A DNA stretch of 64,000 bases from Candidatus Latescibacterota bacterium (GTDB lineage: Bacteria > Latescibacterota > UBA2968 > UBA8231): assembly GCA_965197905.1 (NCBI GenBank), contig CBDAOB010000002.1, positions 160,001 to 224,000 of the forward strand, read 5' to 3'. The notes beneath the pieces were generated by a model that was not told the DNA's origin, ran no database searches, and saw only the letters and a list, made by a program, of their open reading frames with translations. Both the position numbers and the translations under genes were made by a program. Positions 49,001-59,818 of the stretch are shown in pieces (within the stretch, counting starts at the first letter, position 1; every line of letters begins with the position of its first letter).

Positions 49001-49104
49001 CGTGGATTTTTTTATCGAAGCCTTGCATCCTTAAAAAAAGCCGTGTGGCGTCGGCTGTTGGTCGGAGTCGAAGGAGGTGTAGCGGTTGTTGGCGGCGAGT
49101 CTGT

Positions 49105-50139
49105 TTACGATTCCAAGCGTTTGACAGACCCGTCGTAGAGAGCCTTCAGCTCGTCGCTGTAGGCGAACAAGGCGGGTGTTCCACCCGTATGAACGAAAAC
49201 GAGCGTGTCGTCGGCGCCCCAATCGCCTCGCGACACGTGATCGGCCAGACCGGCAAACGCCTTGCCCGAGTATACCGGATCCAGAATAACCCCTTCCGTT
49301 CGAGCGACCAACCCTAGTGCTTCATTGCCGGCTTGCGTAGCTACGCCGTACGCCGTTCCTGCGTACTCGCCGCAGCTCTCGAAATCGGCGGCGAGAAACT
49401 CGATATCCAGATCCAGCATGTCGCATATGCTGTTCGCCGTGGCGGCCAGCTCGGCGTTTTTCTCGGCGTTGTCGTGGGGATGGGGGCTGATGCCCACGGT
49501 GCGCACATCGAAGCCGATGGCCCTGGCGCCGACCGCCAGCCCGACGTGCGTGTGGATGCCGGAGCTCAAGTAGATGCCAGACGGGCGGATCTCGCGTTCC
49601 CTGATCTGGTCGTACAACTCGAGGAATCCATCCACGTACGAGACGCTGCGCAGCAGATAGCCGTCTGAACTTGTGTTGTAGACCTTGAGTCCTTGCGACT
49701 CAAGGTCCGCCACAATCCTCGCTACATCGTCGGGGGAGGAGGTCAAGCGAACCTCGGCTCCGAGTAGATGGGTAAGTAACAGATTTCCGTTGACGGGCTG
49801 GGCGTGATCGTCGCTACGGCCGACCATCACCGCTCGTTTGCCCAGTCGAGCTGCCAGGGCTGCCGTAAGTCTCGATTGGTTCGACTGCGAAGCAGCACCA
49901 TGCAGCAGAACATCGTACTCTTCGTTCACTGCGGGAGCACAGGAATACTCGAACTCACGCACCTTGTTCCCACCCAAGGCCAATCCCGTAAGGTCTTCAC
50001 GTTTTATGAGGATTCGCGGACCACCAAGGGCGGTGGACAGTCGCGGACACTCATCGAGCGGCGTGGGAAAGTGGCCCAGCTCGAGTTTGGAGAATCGGCG
50101 GAGTCGGTCGCGCAGTTGGTTGGGCGTGTACAGCGTCAT
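49105..50139 (-). CDS. D-cysteine desulfhydrase-like PLP enzyme
   Basis: IKREDL, GGNKVR, QSNQ, LDPVYSGK, VHTGG; S/T rather than the E/L of ACC deaminases. Confidence 0.85.
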   Translation of the reverse strand: MTLYTPNQLRDRLRRFSKLELGHFPTPLDECPRLSTALGGPRILIKREDLTGLALGGNKVREFEYSCAPAVNEEYDVLLHGAASQSNQSRLTAALAARLGKRAVMVGRSDDHAQPVNGNLLLTHLLGAEVRLTSSPDDVARIVADLESQGLKVYNTSSDGYLLRSVSYVDGFLELYDQIREREIRPSGIYLSSGIHTHVGLAVGARAIGFDVRTVGISPHPHDNAEKNAELAATANSICDMLDLDIEFLAADFESCGEYAGTAYGVATQAGNEALGLVARTEGVILDPVYSGKAFAGLADHVSRGDWGADDTLVFVHTGGTPALFAYSDELKALYDGSVKRLES

Positions 50140-50229
50140 ATGCGGTGGGAGAACGAACGGCCGCGCCGAAGACTGCGTCAAGCAATCACTGCCAGCTTCG
50201 ACCCGGGAGGGACGTTGGAGTGCGCACCT

Positions 50230-51183
50230 TCAAGCGCCGTTGCCGGCGCCTTGGTCACGCCCGGCGCGAACCTCCTCGGCCGCTTTGCACGAACGCACGT
50301 GGGCCATATCCGGTGCCCTCTCGTACCCCTTCCAGGCGTACGGATCGCTGCCGGCAACTTGAATCACACCTCTCCAGTCGGACTTCGCCGAACTTTCTCC
50401 TTCTTTCAGTTGCCAAGGTAGCAGGCTCCAGCTGTTGCAGTAGTGGCTCACCAACACCCGACGGTAGATATCGCTGCGATTCTTGTAGGAATGGTGCAAC
50501 AAGTAGCCATTGAAAAAGACGACCCCACCGGCACCGACCTCCACTGGTACCTCACCGCTGCCATCGAATCCGTAGCTCTCCAGAGCGAAGTCGTATTCGT
50601 CCCGATCGTCATGTTCTCTCTGGGGATACAGGTACCCTTTCCGGTGGGAGTTTGGAAGGATGTACAGGCAGCCGTTTTCTTTGGTCGCGTCATCGACCGC
50701 GATCCATGCCCCAACGAGGGAGCGGTCACGGGTGGGAATGTAGACTTCGTCCTGATGCCATGCCTGGCCCTGAAAACCGGGGGGTTTGACGAAATACATC
50801 GACTGCATGCATTCGACGCTGCCGTCCCACTCGAGCAGGTGGGCTCCGGTTATCTGACTGAGGGCGCCACAGATTTGCGGGTGGCGCGCGTATTTCTCGA
50901 TGACGGGGCTGATGAATTGGGGGTGGTGGATGCAGAGAATGGATTCCAGCACCTCGCGGTCGCTATAATCGCTTGGCACCGGATCGATACCGCGGCACGG
51001 GTAGGCGCCGCGGGCAATGGCGATCAGATCCGTCGCCAGCTCCTCCAATTCTTCCGGGCGGACCATCTCCGGGACGACCAGGTATCCGTTTTCGACGTAG
51101 AACTCGACCTGGGTTTTGTCGAGAGGTTTCGGAACCTCGATCTCCGGTCCCGCCTTCATCAAGTTCATATCTTGCGTTTTCAT
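50230..51183 (-). CDS. PhyH family dioxygenase
   Basis: QSMYFVKPPG, WHQDE, WIAVDDAT, NGCL, LLHHS. Confidence 0.9.
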   Translation of the reverse strand: MKTQDMNLMKAGPEIEVPKPLDKTQVEFYVENGYLVVPEMVRPEELEELATDLIAIARGAYPCRGIDPVPSDYSDREVLESILCIHHPQFISPVIEKYARHPQICGALSQITGAHLLEWDGSVECMQSMYFVKPPGFQGQAWHQDEVYIPTRDRSLVGAWIAVDDATKENGCLYILPNSHRKGYLYPQREHDDRDEYDFALESYGFDGSGEVPVEVGAGGVVFFNGYLLHHSYKNRSDIYRRVLVSHYCNSWSLLPWQLKEGESSAKSDWRGVIQVAGSDPYAWKGYERAPDMAHVRSCKAAEEVRAGRDQGAGNGA

Positions 51184-51194
51184 TCGCTCAATAG

Positions 51195-52712
51195 CTAAGA
51201 GGTCCCTCTGAGAACGGCGCGTTTGTGAAGAACCCAGGATACGATCGTACCCACGGCAAGGTCCACCGACAGGGCCACGGGGCTGATCCAGATGAAACTT
51301 ACCGGATCGTTGCCGTTTGGCAACATGCCGAAGATGGGGCCCGAAAATGCGATCAGGGCGGCCGCAAGTACACCGCAGATGGTTCCGGCGACAACCCCGG
51401 CAGGACGTGCAAAGGGCACGAAGAGAGCGAAGAAGAACAACGCGAAGATCGGCGTCGTAAACAAATTGGAGGTTTTGTTGGTCACCGCAGTGATGTTGCC
51501 TGGAATGTGCTCCATCAACGAACTCGTTACCACCACAATGGCGCCGATTACGAAAGCGAGCAGTTGAGCCCTCCGGGTGTGCTGGCGCTCGTCGGCATAT
51601 CGCACACCGAGCCGATCGAAGAAATCGGTGGTGACCACGGCGGTAATGGAGTTCACCCCGGAGTCGAGGCTCGACATGGCCGCGGCGAACATGGCGGCCA
51701 CGACGAGACCAGAGATGCCGGGAGGCAGGTGAAAGGCGATGAAGTGGGGGAATACCTTGTCCGCATTAGCCTCGATATTGATCCCCGGCGGCAATAGGTG
51801 CGCCTGGCTCTGGAAGAATCCGAGCAAAGCCAGGCCGGCCAGCCATAAGGAACAGCCGATCGCCACTCCCACTACCTGCTGCGTCACAAAGGAGCGCCGA
51901 GCCGCCCGCGCATCTTCGGTTGCCATGAAGCGCTGTACCACCGTCTGGTCGCCGCCAGCAGTGGAGATGGTCCACAACAAGCCGGTCAGCATGGAGCCGA
52001 TGATAGTGACGCGCACCGACAGGTCGAAGCTGAACAGCGGTTGTTCGTCCCAGTGATCTTGCCACTGGGTTGGTATCCACTCGAAGCCGGAGAAGTGGTA
52101 ACTCACCATGCCGATCACGATCAGCGCTCCACCCAACATCAAGGTGCACTGCACCAGGTCAGTAATTACCACGGCGCGAAGACCGCCCAGCGAGGTGTAG
52201 GTGATCGCCACCAGACCGGTGATTAGCGTGATCCAGGGAATCCAGCTGTCGTCCAACCCGAACATCACCGCCATCGCTTTCGCAGCCAGATAGATCAGCA
52301 GCGCCATCCACACAAGGCGCAGCAGAATAAACAGGGTGGCGCCGAGCAGACGGATGCCGAGCCCGAGCCGCTCCTCCAACAGTTCGTATGCACTGGTGAC
52401 CCGCGTCCGCATGTACCGCGGTATGAGGATGAATCCGACGATCAGAACAGCGATTGGCAGGGTGAGATAGTTGAGCATCCAAACCGGACCCTTGGCGATC
52501 GCTTCCCCTGGGATCGACAGATAGGATATGGTGCTCAGGAGGGTGGCAAAAAGGGAGATGCCGATGAGCGACGGCGGCATGTGACCGCTACCGGTGAAAT
52601 ACTCGCGCACACTGGACTGCCGGCGACTGAAGAAATAACCGAGGCCGAGCGTCGCCAAGGCGTAGACGATTATGATCGCCCAATCGAGAAGCGTTAGTCC
52701 GGGTGTTTCCAT
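51195..52712 (-). CDS. Sodium:solute symporter (SSS) family transporter
   Basis: Multiple TM helices; YTSLGGLRAVVITD, DQTVVQR, AAAMSSLDSGVNS. Confidence 0.9.
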   Translation of the reverse strand: METPGLTLLDWAIIIVYALATLGLGYFFSRRQSSVREYFTGSGHMPPSLIGISLFATLLSTISYLSIPGEAIAKGPVWMLNYLTLPIAVLIVGFILIPRYMRTRVTSAYELLEERLGLGIRLLGATLFILLRLVWMALLIYLAAKAMAVMFGLDDSWIPWITLITGLVAITYTSLGGLRAVVITDLVQCTLMLGGALIVIGMVSYHFSGFEWIPTQWQDHWDEQPLFSFDLSVRVTIIGSMLTGLLWTISTAGGDQTVVQRFMATEDARAARRSFVTQQVVGVAIGCSLWLAGLALLGFFQSQAHLLPPGINIEANADKVFPHFIAFHLPPGISGLVVAAMFAAAMSSLDSGVNSITAVVTTDFFDRLGVRYADERQHTRRAQLLAFVIGAIVVVTSSLMEHIPGNITAVTNKTSNLFTTPIFALFFFALFVPFARPAGVVAGTICGVLAAALIAFSGPIFGMLPNGNDPVSFIWISPVALSVDLAVGTIVSWVLHKRAVLRGTS

Positions 52713-52767
52713 GAGGTTTGGTTCGGCCGCCTTGAACTACGTTTGAATCGAGTGTTCTGGGGAGCGA

Positions 52768-53796
52768 TCAGAACCTCTCAGCTAGCTCAGATCTGTGGGC
52801 GGTGCGGCCCTCTTCGCAAGAGATGACCATCATCTGGCAGAGCGCCATTACCTCGAGGTTATTCCCGCCGCTGATGCCCGGTTCGACTCCCTCTTCGATG
52901 TAAGCGTGGAAGTCGGCCAGGACCCCTGCTTCGTCGGATGCTTCCGCGAGCGGCACCTGGCCGACATCGGTGCGGCCAAACTGCTCCCCGGGCCGCTGGC
53001 TGAACTGGAGGACCTGTTTTCCGCCAGCCTCCGTGTTGGCGATAACCGCTCCGAGCTTGCCGTGGAGGCCAAGGTAGAAGTGGTTGCGCGCCGAATCGTG
53101 TCCGTGGAAATAGTTGACCACCACTCCGCTTTCGAAGCGCATGAAGGCGCTCGTGTTATTCGGGTACTGGTAGTTGGACCAGGGGGCCCCGAAAGCGTGC
53201 GCGATCATCTCGGCGACCGGACCGAACCAGAACAGAAAATTGTCGAAGTGATGACAGGACATGTCCCACACCGAAGCAAAGGGATAATTGAGAGTGCGTG
53301 GTTCGGGACGCGAGCGGTGCTGGATGTGGTCCAGCTGATATGGCTCTCCGACACTGGCGGGATCGTCCGGGGCGTGCAGGATGCGGTGAAACGTGCGCTC
53401 CACCGCCTTGTAGCGATAGTTCTGGGACACGCAGAGGATGCTGTTGTTCTCGCGCGCGAAGGAGACCGCTTCACACGCCGTTTCCCAATCGGGAGCCATG
53501 CCTTTTTCGACCAGTACCGGAAGACCTCGTTCCATGGCCTGCTTTGCCATCGGTACATGGTGAATCGTAGGCGTACAGATAATGACGCAATCGGCTCCCG
53601 ACTGATCCAGGGCCTGGGTGTAATCGGAGTAACAATCACCGGTTGACAACCCGGTCAGTTCGCGGCCGGCTTCGAGCGCGGACTCGTGCGTGTCGCACAG
53701 GGCGGTGACCTGAAACCCGATCTCTGGCCGACAGGTTTCCAGGGGCCAGAGACCGCGACCGCTGACACCGACACACAGGGTCTTGAGTATTTTCAT
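52768..53796 (-). CDS. Gfo/Idh/MocA family oxidoreductase
   Basis: VGVSGRG, LVEKGM, SQNYRY, DMSCHHFD. Confidence 0.85.
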   Translation of the reverse strand: MKILKTLCVGVSGRGLWPLETCRPEIGFQVTALCDTHESALEAGRELTGLSTGDCYSDYTQALDQSGADCVIICTPTIHHVPMAKQAMERGLPVLVEKGMAPDWETACEAVSFARENNSILCVSQNYRYKAVERTFHRILHAPDDPASVGEPYQLDHIQHRSRPEPRTLNYPFASVWDMSCHHFDNFLFWFGPVAEMIAHAFGAPWSNYQYPNNTSAFMRFESGVVVNYFHGHDSARNHFYLGLHGKLGAVIANTEAGGKQVLQFSQRPGEQFGRTDVGQVPLAEASDEAGVLADFHAYIEEGVEPGISGGNNLEVMALCQMMVISCEEGRTAHRSELAERF

Positions 53797-53810
53797 TTTC
53801 GGCGGAACAG

Positions 53811-55430
53811 CTACTTGCGGCGAAAGGCGGCGAAGAAGTCGTTCCCTTTGTCGTCGACGACGATAAACGCGGGGAAGTCCTTCACCTCGATCTGCCAGAT
53901 AGCCTCCATGCCGAGCTCGGCGTACTCCAGACAATCCACCTTCGTGATGCAGTCTTGGGCCAGGCGTGCAGCCGGACCGCCGACCGAGCCGAGATAAAAC
54001 CCGCCATGTTTCTTGCAGGCATCGGTAACCTGTTTCGAGCGGTTCCCTTTGGCCAGCATGACCAAGCTGCCGCCGGCGGCCTGGAACTGATCGACGTAGC
54101 TGTCCATTCGCCCGGCGGTGGTTGGTCCGAACGAGCCGGTGACGTGACCCTCGGGAGTCTTGGCCGGGCCGGCGTAATAGACCGGCTGCTGTCTGAAGTA
54201 GTCGGGGAGGTCTTCGCCCTTGTCCAATCGTTCCTTGAGCTTGGCGTGGGCAATGTCGCGGGCGACGATCATCGGACCCGATAGAGATACGCGAGTGCTC
54301 ACCGCATGTTCGCTGAGGGCAGACCGGACCTCCTCCATGGGGTGCGCGAGGTCGATTTCCACCACATCGCCCTTCAACTCTGTCTCGTCGACCTCCGGCA
54401 GATACTTAGCCGGATCCTGCTCCAGCTGCTCCAGAAAGATGCCTTCGGCGGTGATCTTGGACATGATCTGGCGGTCCGCGGAACAGGATACAGCGATCCC
54501 TACGGGGACCGAGGCGCCGTGCCGCGGCAGCCGCACCACCCGCACGTCATGGCAGAAGTATTTGCCGCCAAACTGAGCGCCAATGCCCATCTCGGCACTC
54601 ATCTCCATCACCTGCGCTTCCATCTCGAGATCGCGGAACGCCTGACCAAACTCGTTTCCCTGCGTTGGCAGCGAATCCAGGTACCGTGTGCTGGCCATCT
54701 TGGCCATTTTCAAGGTGTATTCGGCCGAGGTGCCGCCGATGACGACAGCAAGATGGTACGGCGGGCAGGCGGCGGTACCGATCATGCGCAGCTTCTCGTC
54801 GATGAAGTCGCGCAGGGAGTCGGGGTTGAGCAGGGCGCGGGTTTCCTGAAAGAGGAAGCTCTTGTTGGCCGAGCCTCCGCCTTTGGATATGAACATGAGC
54901 TTGTAGGCGCTTCCCTGATCGGCATAGATCTCGATCTGGGCCGGCAGGTTGGTCCGAGTGTTCACCTCCTCGAACATGGTCAAGGGAGCAACCTGGCTGT
55001 AGCGCAGGTTGGACTCGGTGTAGGCCTTCTTGATGCCCTGTGCGAGAGCTGCTTCGTCGTCGCCATCGGTCCAGACCCGCTGGCCCTTCTTGCCCGTAAT
55101 GATGGCGGTCCCGGTGTCCTGGCACATGGGCAAGACCCTTCCCGCGGCGATGTTGGCGTTCTTGAGCAGCTCCAGTGCTACGAAACGATCGTTGTCTGAG
55201 GCTTCGTGGTCGTCGAGAATCTTGCGTACCTGGGCCAGGTGTCCCGGCCGCAACAGGTGAGCGCTTTCCCGCATAGCCAGATCCGCCAGCATGGTCAGTC
55301 CTGCGGTGTCGACCTTGAGAACCTCCTCGCCCTCGAAGCTGCTGGTGGAGACGTAGTCGGAGGTGAGCAGGCGGTACGGAGTCTCGTCGGCGCCGAGCTT
55401 GATGATTTCGTGATGAACGGTTTCAGTCAT
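53811..55430 (-). CDS. fumA: Fumarate hydratase class I (Fe-S)
   Basis: [45 protein letters not shown]. Confidence 0.95.
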   Translation of the reverse strand: MTETVHHEIIKLGADETPYRLLTSDYVSTSSFEGEEVLKVDTAGLTMLADLAMRESAHLLRPGHLAQVRKILDDHEASDNDRFVALELLKNANIAAGRVLPMCQDTGTAIITGKKGQRVWTDGDDEAALAQGIKKAYTESNLRYSQVAPLTMFEEVNTRTNLPAQIEIYADQGSAYKLMFISKGGGSANKSFLFQETRALLNPDSLRDFIDEKLRMIGTAACPPYHLAVVIGGTSAEYTLKMAKMASTRYLDSLPTQGNEFGQAFRDLEMEAQVMEMSAEMGIGAQFGGKYFCHDVRVVRLPRHGASVPVGIAVSCSADRQIMSKITAEGIFLEQLEQDPAKYLPEVDETELKGDVVEIDLAHPMEEVRSALSEHAVSTRVSLSGPMIVARDIAHAKLKERLDKGEDLPDYFRQQPVYYAGPAKTPEGHVTGSFGPTTAGRMDSYVDQFQAAGGSLVMLAKGNRSKQVTDACKKHGGFYLGSVGGPAARLAQDCITKVDCLEYAELGMEAIWQIEVKDFPAFIVVDDKGNDFFAAFRRK

Positions 55431-55602
55431 GTCATGGTCCCTTACTTTTTACACATTCGAACGGTCCTTTGGACGAGGAGAATAAACCGTTTGGCCGACG
55501 GTGCGGCAAGGGACCGGGGGCCGAGCCCTCTGGCGCTCTTCACTGATTCGCCACGATGCCTTATTATTTGCGCCGAACTGGCTGATGCGAAAGGAGAGCA
55601 AG

Positions 55603-56391
55603 GTGACACCTGAACAACGCTACATGCTCGATCTTACCGGATATCTGCATCTGGAGAATGTTTTGAGCGACACCGAGCTCAAGAACGGGCAAGAAGCGAC
55701 CAAGCGTTATATGGACACCGCGGATGAGGATCTACCGCCAGGTTTCGAGCGAGACGGAATACGTCACCTACACGGGTTTGCTTTCGACAAGTGCCTCGAA
55801 GCGCTGACCATGCATCCATCTACGTGGCCCATCATTATGGAATTGACCAACAGCAAACCGCAGCTGCTCAGCGGCACTTTGCAGGTGAACGAGCCGGGTA
55901 AACCGAGCGGCGGTCGCCTCCACTGCGCCCGCGAGGCCTACGGCTGGGAGAGCGCCCGGTACGAGGTTCATAACGGCCGCGTCTACTGCGATGACTTCGT
56001 GGTTTTTCCCTATCTGGACGACGTGTTGCCGGGAGACGGGGGGCTCCTCCTGCTGCCGGGATCCCACAAGTCAAACTTCGACCGTCCAAATTCGCTGTTC
56101 AACGGGGGAGAGGTCACGGACGAGTTACCGCCGGGCGTGATAAACGTCACGCCCAGGGCGGGGGATGTGCTTGTCATGCCGGAAGCGATGACCCACGGTA
56201 TCTTGCCCTGGACCCCCGAGGATCGGATACGGCGCATCCTCGTACTGCGTTACCGTCCCCAGCATAGAGACAGCAAGAGCGGAATCCCGGAGGAGATCAG
56301 GGAGAGGTTGTCTCCGGAAACTTTGGAGCTGATCGAAACGGGGTCCTTCACGCACGTGAAGGAGATCGCCAAGGACCGCTCAGCGGCCTAG
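55603..56391 (+). CDS. PhyH-family Fe/2OG oxygenase with HxA motif
   Basis: DLTGYL, RLHCARE, YLDDV, LLPGSHK, EAMTHG; GTG start after AAGGAG. Confidence 0.8.
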   Translation: MTPEQRYMLDLTGYLHLENVLSDTELKNGQEATKRYMDTADEDLPPGFERDGIRHLHGFAFDKCLEALTMHPSTWPIIMELTNSKPQLLSGTLQVNEPGKPSGGRLHCAREAYGWESARYEVHNGRVYCDDFVVFPYLDDVLPGDGGLLLLPGSHKSNFDRPNSLFNGGEVTDELPPGVINVTPRAGDVLVMPEAMTHGILPWTPEDRIRRILVLRYRPQHRDSKSGIPEEIRERLSPETLELIETGSFTHVKEIAKDRSAA

Positions 56392-56424
56392 GCGGTACCT
56401 GCCGAAGTCGGCAGCCACGCGAGC

Positions 56425-56823
56425 TCAGCAGCCGAAGAAGATCGTGTAGCGATCCGCGTCGTAAATGGTGAACCCTCGAAGGCCGTCGTCGGTATCAGCG
56501 AGGTCCTCGTGGAAGGTGACACCCTGTCCGGCAAACTCTGCGTACAACAGATCCGGGTCCGGGGTATGGACAAAGGCATCCCACCGCGCCCATTCGTGCC
56601 GGGTGTGATTTGGCTGGGGCTGGACGTCGGGACCGATCTCTTTCAAAAAGATTGAAACGGCGTCGCGTGCGACGATTCCAAACCACGGCTGCTCGTCCTC
56701 GGGAAGCTCCAGCTCGATTCCGAAACCGAGCTTGTCCGTGTAGAAATCTCTTGCGGCGGCGTAGTTGCTGACGATGAAGAACGGCGCTACGTCGGTGAGG
56801 GCTGCAGCTTTTGTTTCGGTCAT
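56425..56823 (-). CDS. VOC (glyoxalase/bleomycin resistance) family protein
   Basis: FYTDKLGF, GLRGFTIYDAD. Confidence 0.85.
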   Translation of the reverse strand: MTETKAAALTDVAPFFIVSNYAAARDFYTDKLGFGIELELPEDEQPWFGIVARDAVSIFLKEIGPDVQPQPNHTRHEWARWDAFVHTPDPDLLYAEFAGQGVTFHEDLADTDDGLRGFTIYDADRYTIFFGC

Positions 56824-56862
56824 AACTCGACTCCTCGGCGGCGACCGTTGCCGACGCCTCTC

Positions 56863-57957
56863 TTATCCGAAGGCGACGGGCGATCCCTTCAGATAAGCCT
56901 GAGTGCTGTTGATCACGAGTTGGATGTCGCTTAAGGCATCCGCAACCGATGTCCGGCAAGGTGTCCCTTCGGTGATGCACGCGTGAAAATGCCGGAGCTC
57001 ACCGACGAACGGGCTCTCCCATTCTACCGCCGGCTGCCGCTCTACCGTGCGGCCCGCAGCGTCGATTTCCCAAATGCTCAGTTTCGAGAGCTGGCCACGT
57101 GAGAATCCGGTCGGATAGGCAAGGATAATCCGCTTGTCGGCTCCGTAGATCTCCAACGTCTCCTTGAAATCCCACAGGTTTGGCAGATCGACCCACGAGG
57201 CAATGCAGCGCGAGCCATTGGGGTATTCGAGTACGGTGGAGAGTGCTCTTCCGTTGTTCCACACGTCGGTGCTGACAATTCGTTTCGGATTGCCAAACAG
57301 GATCCGCAAACCGTAGAGGTCGTGAATGAGGCTTCCGGCCAATGTAAAGAAGGCGCTGACCGCGTCGTTTGGTATTCCATCTCCGAGGGCCTGCTGTAAT
57401 GCCGCCGCGCGGGCGGCTTGCGAGGCTTTTCCCGCCGAGGCCGGAACATCGTCGAAGCGCTCGATGTGAAACTGGCTGGTATGCAGATCGTTGTTCGGAT
57501 GCAAGTGGTTTACCTGCACGAAGGTCGGGTCCCATCCCGCGGCTTCCTCCTCCACGATATTGAACGCCGGATCGTAGACCTTCATGTAACCCACTTGACC
57601 TACCTTACCGGAGCGCTCGACGGCGGCTGCGACGGAGGCCGCATCCTCTTTCGAATAGCACATCGGCTTTTCGATGAAGCCATGCTTGCCGGCTGCGAAG
57701 GAGGCCACTGCGATTTCGGTCTTCGGGTCACGGTGACAGAGGATGACAGCGTCCACGTCGTCCGCGTCCAGTACCTGGCGATAATCTGTCGTGTGATGCG
57801 GCACACTAAAGCAGCCTGCAACGTATTCGGCTAACTTGGCGGAGACGTCACAGGTCCAGGTCACCTCGAAAAGATGCTGCAGCTCGTGCAGGTTGGGCAT
57901 GTGCTGTACCTGGGCGATGGCACCGCTGCCGATCATCCCGATTCGCACCTTATCCAT
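56863..57957 (-). CDS. Gfo/Idh/MocA family oxidoreductase
   Basis: IGSGAIA, FIEKPMC, VGYMKVYDP, LIHDL. Confidence 0.9.
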   Translation of the reverse strand: MDKVRIGMIGSGAIAQVQHMPNLHELQHLFEVTWTCDVSAKLAEYVAGCFSVPHHTTDYRQVLDADDVDAVILCHRDPKTEIAVASFAAGKHGFIEKPMCYSKEDAASVAAAVERSGKVGQVGYMKVYDPAFNIVEEEAAGWDPTFVQVNHLHPNNDLHTSQFHIERFDDVPASAGKASQAARAAALQQALGDGIPNDAVSAFFTLAGSLIHDLYGLRILFGNPKRIVSTDVWNNGRALSTVLEYPNGSRCIASWVDLPNLWDFKETLEIYGADKRIILAYPTGFSRGQLSKLSIWEIDAAGRTVERQPAVEWESPFVGELRHFHACITEGTPCRTSVADALSDIQLVINSTQAYLKGSPVAFG

Positions 57958-58008
57958 TCAATCCTCGCCCGTAAGCGTATTGTTGTCTGCTGGTCGCCGT
58001 TCGATGAC

Positions 58009-58650
58009 CTACCGGTCCGAACCCAGATCGCAAGCCAGGTCGTTCCAGCTCTCTCCCAGCCCGGCCACTCCGTTGTAGACCTGGCGAACATCCTCCCACA
58101 ACCTGAGGCGTATCTCCTCGGCATCGGCATCAGACGATTCCATTTCGTCGAGTATCTCAGCGTGATTCTGTGCCAGCGCGCTGACACGTCGCGCAAGTTC
58201 GCTGACGGCGCGCCGCTGCCTCTCGATGCGATCGGTGCGCGAAACCGCCGCATCCATCGTTACGTCGTAGGCGTCCGGTCCGGCAAAATGGATCGGTTTG
58301 CGCTCACCATCTGCGGTAAGCATCGTGTGCGAGGGCAGGATGTGTGGAGTTAACGATAGGTACATGATCACCGGCTGGTCGCCCACTACCCGTACGGCGT
58401 GCGGTTCATCGGCGGCGGCGAAACAGAGCTGACCTGGCTCGATCCTGGCGATTTCGCCGTTGATTTCGAATTCTGCTATGCCCTGCAGGATCAGAAATAC
58501 CTCGTGCCCCAGGTCGTGGCTGTGGCGCTCGTTGAACTCGAGCCCCGGTTCCAGCCGGAGGATGCGCGATCTCATCTCCGATGTGACGAAAAGGTTCTTC
58601 ACATGCTCAGGATTGCGGTAATCGTATACGGCGATTCCCATTTTTGCCAC
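58009..58650 (-). CDS. Cupin domain protein
   Basis: HSHDLGHEVFLILQG, PGQL...EPHAV. Confidence 0.85.
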   Translation of the reverse strand: MAKMGIAVYDYRNPEHVKNLFVTSEMRSRILRLEPGLEFNERHSHDLGHEVFLILQGIAEFEINGEIARIEPGQLCFAAADEPHAVRVVGDQPVIMYLSLTPHILPSHTMLTADGERKPIHFAGPDAYDVTMDAAVSRTDRIERQRRAVSELARRVSALAQNHAEILDEMESSDADAEEIRLRLWEDVRQVYNGVAGLGESWNDLACDLGSDR

Positions 58651-59034
58651 CTAGTCCAATACCGCTGTTGCTTCGATCTCAACCAGCAAGGTAGGCAACG
58701 CCAGCTCGACGCCTACGGTGGAGCGGGCGGGCCGGCTGTCTCCGAAGAACTCGGCATAGACCTCGTTCATGGCTTTGAAGTTGGCAAGGTCGGTGATAAA
58801 CACCGTCGTCTTGACCACATCATCCAGGGTCGCCCCGGCCGCCTCCAGAGCGTGTTTCACATTCTCGAGGGTTTGCTGCGTCTGCGCTTTAATATCGCCC
58901 TCGCCGACCAGGTTGCCGTTCACGTCGAAGGCGATCTGACCGGAGGTCGTCACAATGTTGCCTTTGCGTACAACGGCGTGATAGGGAGCGCCAGGTGTTA
59001 CCAGGGTGTCGGGATTGATTCGTTGGATCGACAT
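58651..59034 (-). CDS. RidA/YjgF family protein
   Basis: SGQIA, VVKTTVF, MNEVY..FF, RPARSTV, LVEIEA. Confidence 0.9.
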   Translation of the reverse strand: MSIQRINPDTLVTPGAPYHAVVRKGNIVTTSGQIAFDVNGNLVGEGDIKAQTQQTLENVKHALEAAGATLDDVVKTTVFITDLANFKAMNEVYAEFFGDSRPARSTVGVELALPTLLVEIEATAVLD

Positions 59035-59047
59035 GTGAACCTCCTTC

Positions 59048-59818
59048 TTAGAATTCGTAGTCGATATGCCAGTTGGTCTCCTGATCCCATCCCAATGTGC
59101 GTTCTAGGAAAGGCTCCCAGGAGAAGGTCACGGTGTTGCCCCAAATGGGGAAAAAACCGGGTGTGTAGCTGCAGGTGGCGCTGACCAACCCGAGCATGGG
59201 ATGGCGCTGCATGACGATGAGGTTGTCGGAGGCGTCGTGGTCAATGAGCTGGAAAAAGCCGTCTTTTTTCTCAAAGTCTTCCTCGGTCCAGGGCCATTTC
59301 TTGGCACAGATGTAGCCGTTGGAGGCCAGCTCATATCCCCGATTCTCCGGAAAGCTCACCGGTATGTTGAACTTGCACAGCTCGTTGGTTTCCGGCGGCG
59401 GATAGAACGGATGAGGAAACCAGCGGATGGGCACAAATTCCTCGCCGGTATTTCGCACCCGGGTAGCTGTTTGTAACGTGCGATTCATTAACGTAACGGT
59501 TCGCTCGAGCTCTACATCGAAGCCGCCAAACTGGTGCCGGGTTTTGAACGTTATCCGCTCTTTGCCCGCGTCTACGTCCCAGGCACACCATTCTTCCACT
59601 TCATTCCTCGCCAGGTCGCAGACTCCGATGCCGAGTATCAACGCTTTAGTGTCGGTGGAGCCACGCGCATGCAACGGACTCAGGTCGAAGCCGTCCGGCA
59701 TGCCCTGACCCTCGCTCGGTATGACCTCGCCGGGATAGGTTGGTCCGGTGATCAGGTTTTCGTGGCGCTCGTCAACTACTGTAAAGATATAGCCACCGGT
59801 GCAGTATCGGGTTCCCAT
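59048..59818 (-). CDS. Hypothetical protein, possible aldose-epimerase-like fold
   Basis: Long ORF heading the operon; GTRYCTGGYIF, WFPHPF, FSWEPF; start uncertain. Confidence 0.6.
   Translation of the reverse strand: MGTRYCTGGYIFTVVDERHENLITGPTYPGEVIPSEGQGMPDGFDLSPLHARGSTDTKALILGIGVCDLARNEVEEWCAWDVDAGKERITFKTRHQFGGFDVELERTVTLMNRTLQTATRVRNTGEEFVPIRWFPHPFYPPPETNELCKFNIPVSFPENRGYELASNGYICAKKWPWTEEDFEKKDGFFQLIDHDASDNLIVMQRHPMLGLVSATCSYTPGFFPIWGNTVTFSWEPFLERTLGWDQETNWHIDYEF

Noticed and set aside
49105..50139. ACC deaminase
   Set aside because: Has PVYSGK and HTGG instead of the diagnostic PVYEGK and HLGG.
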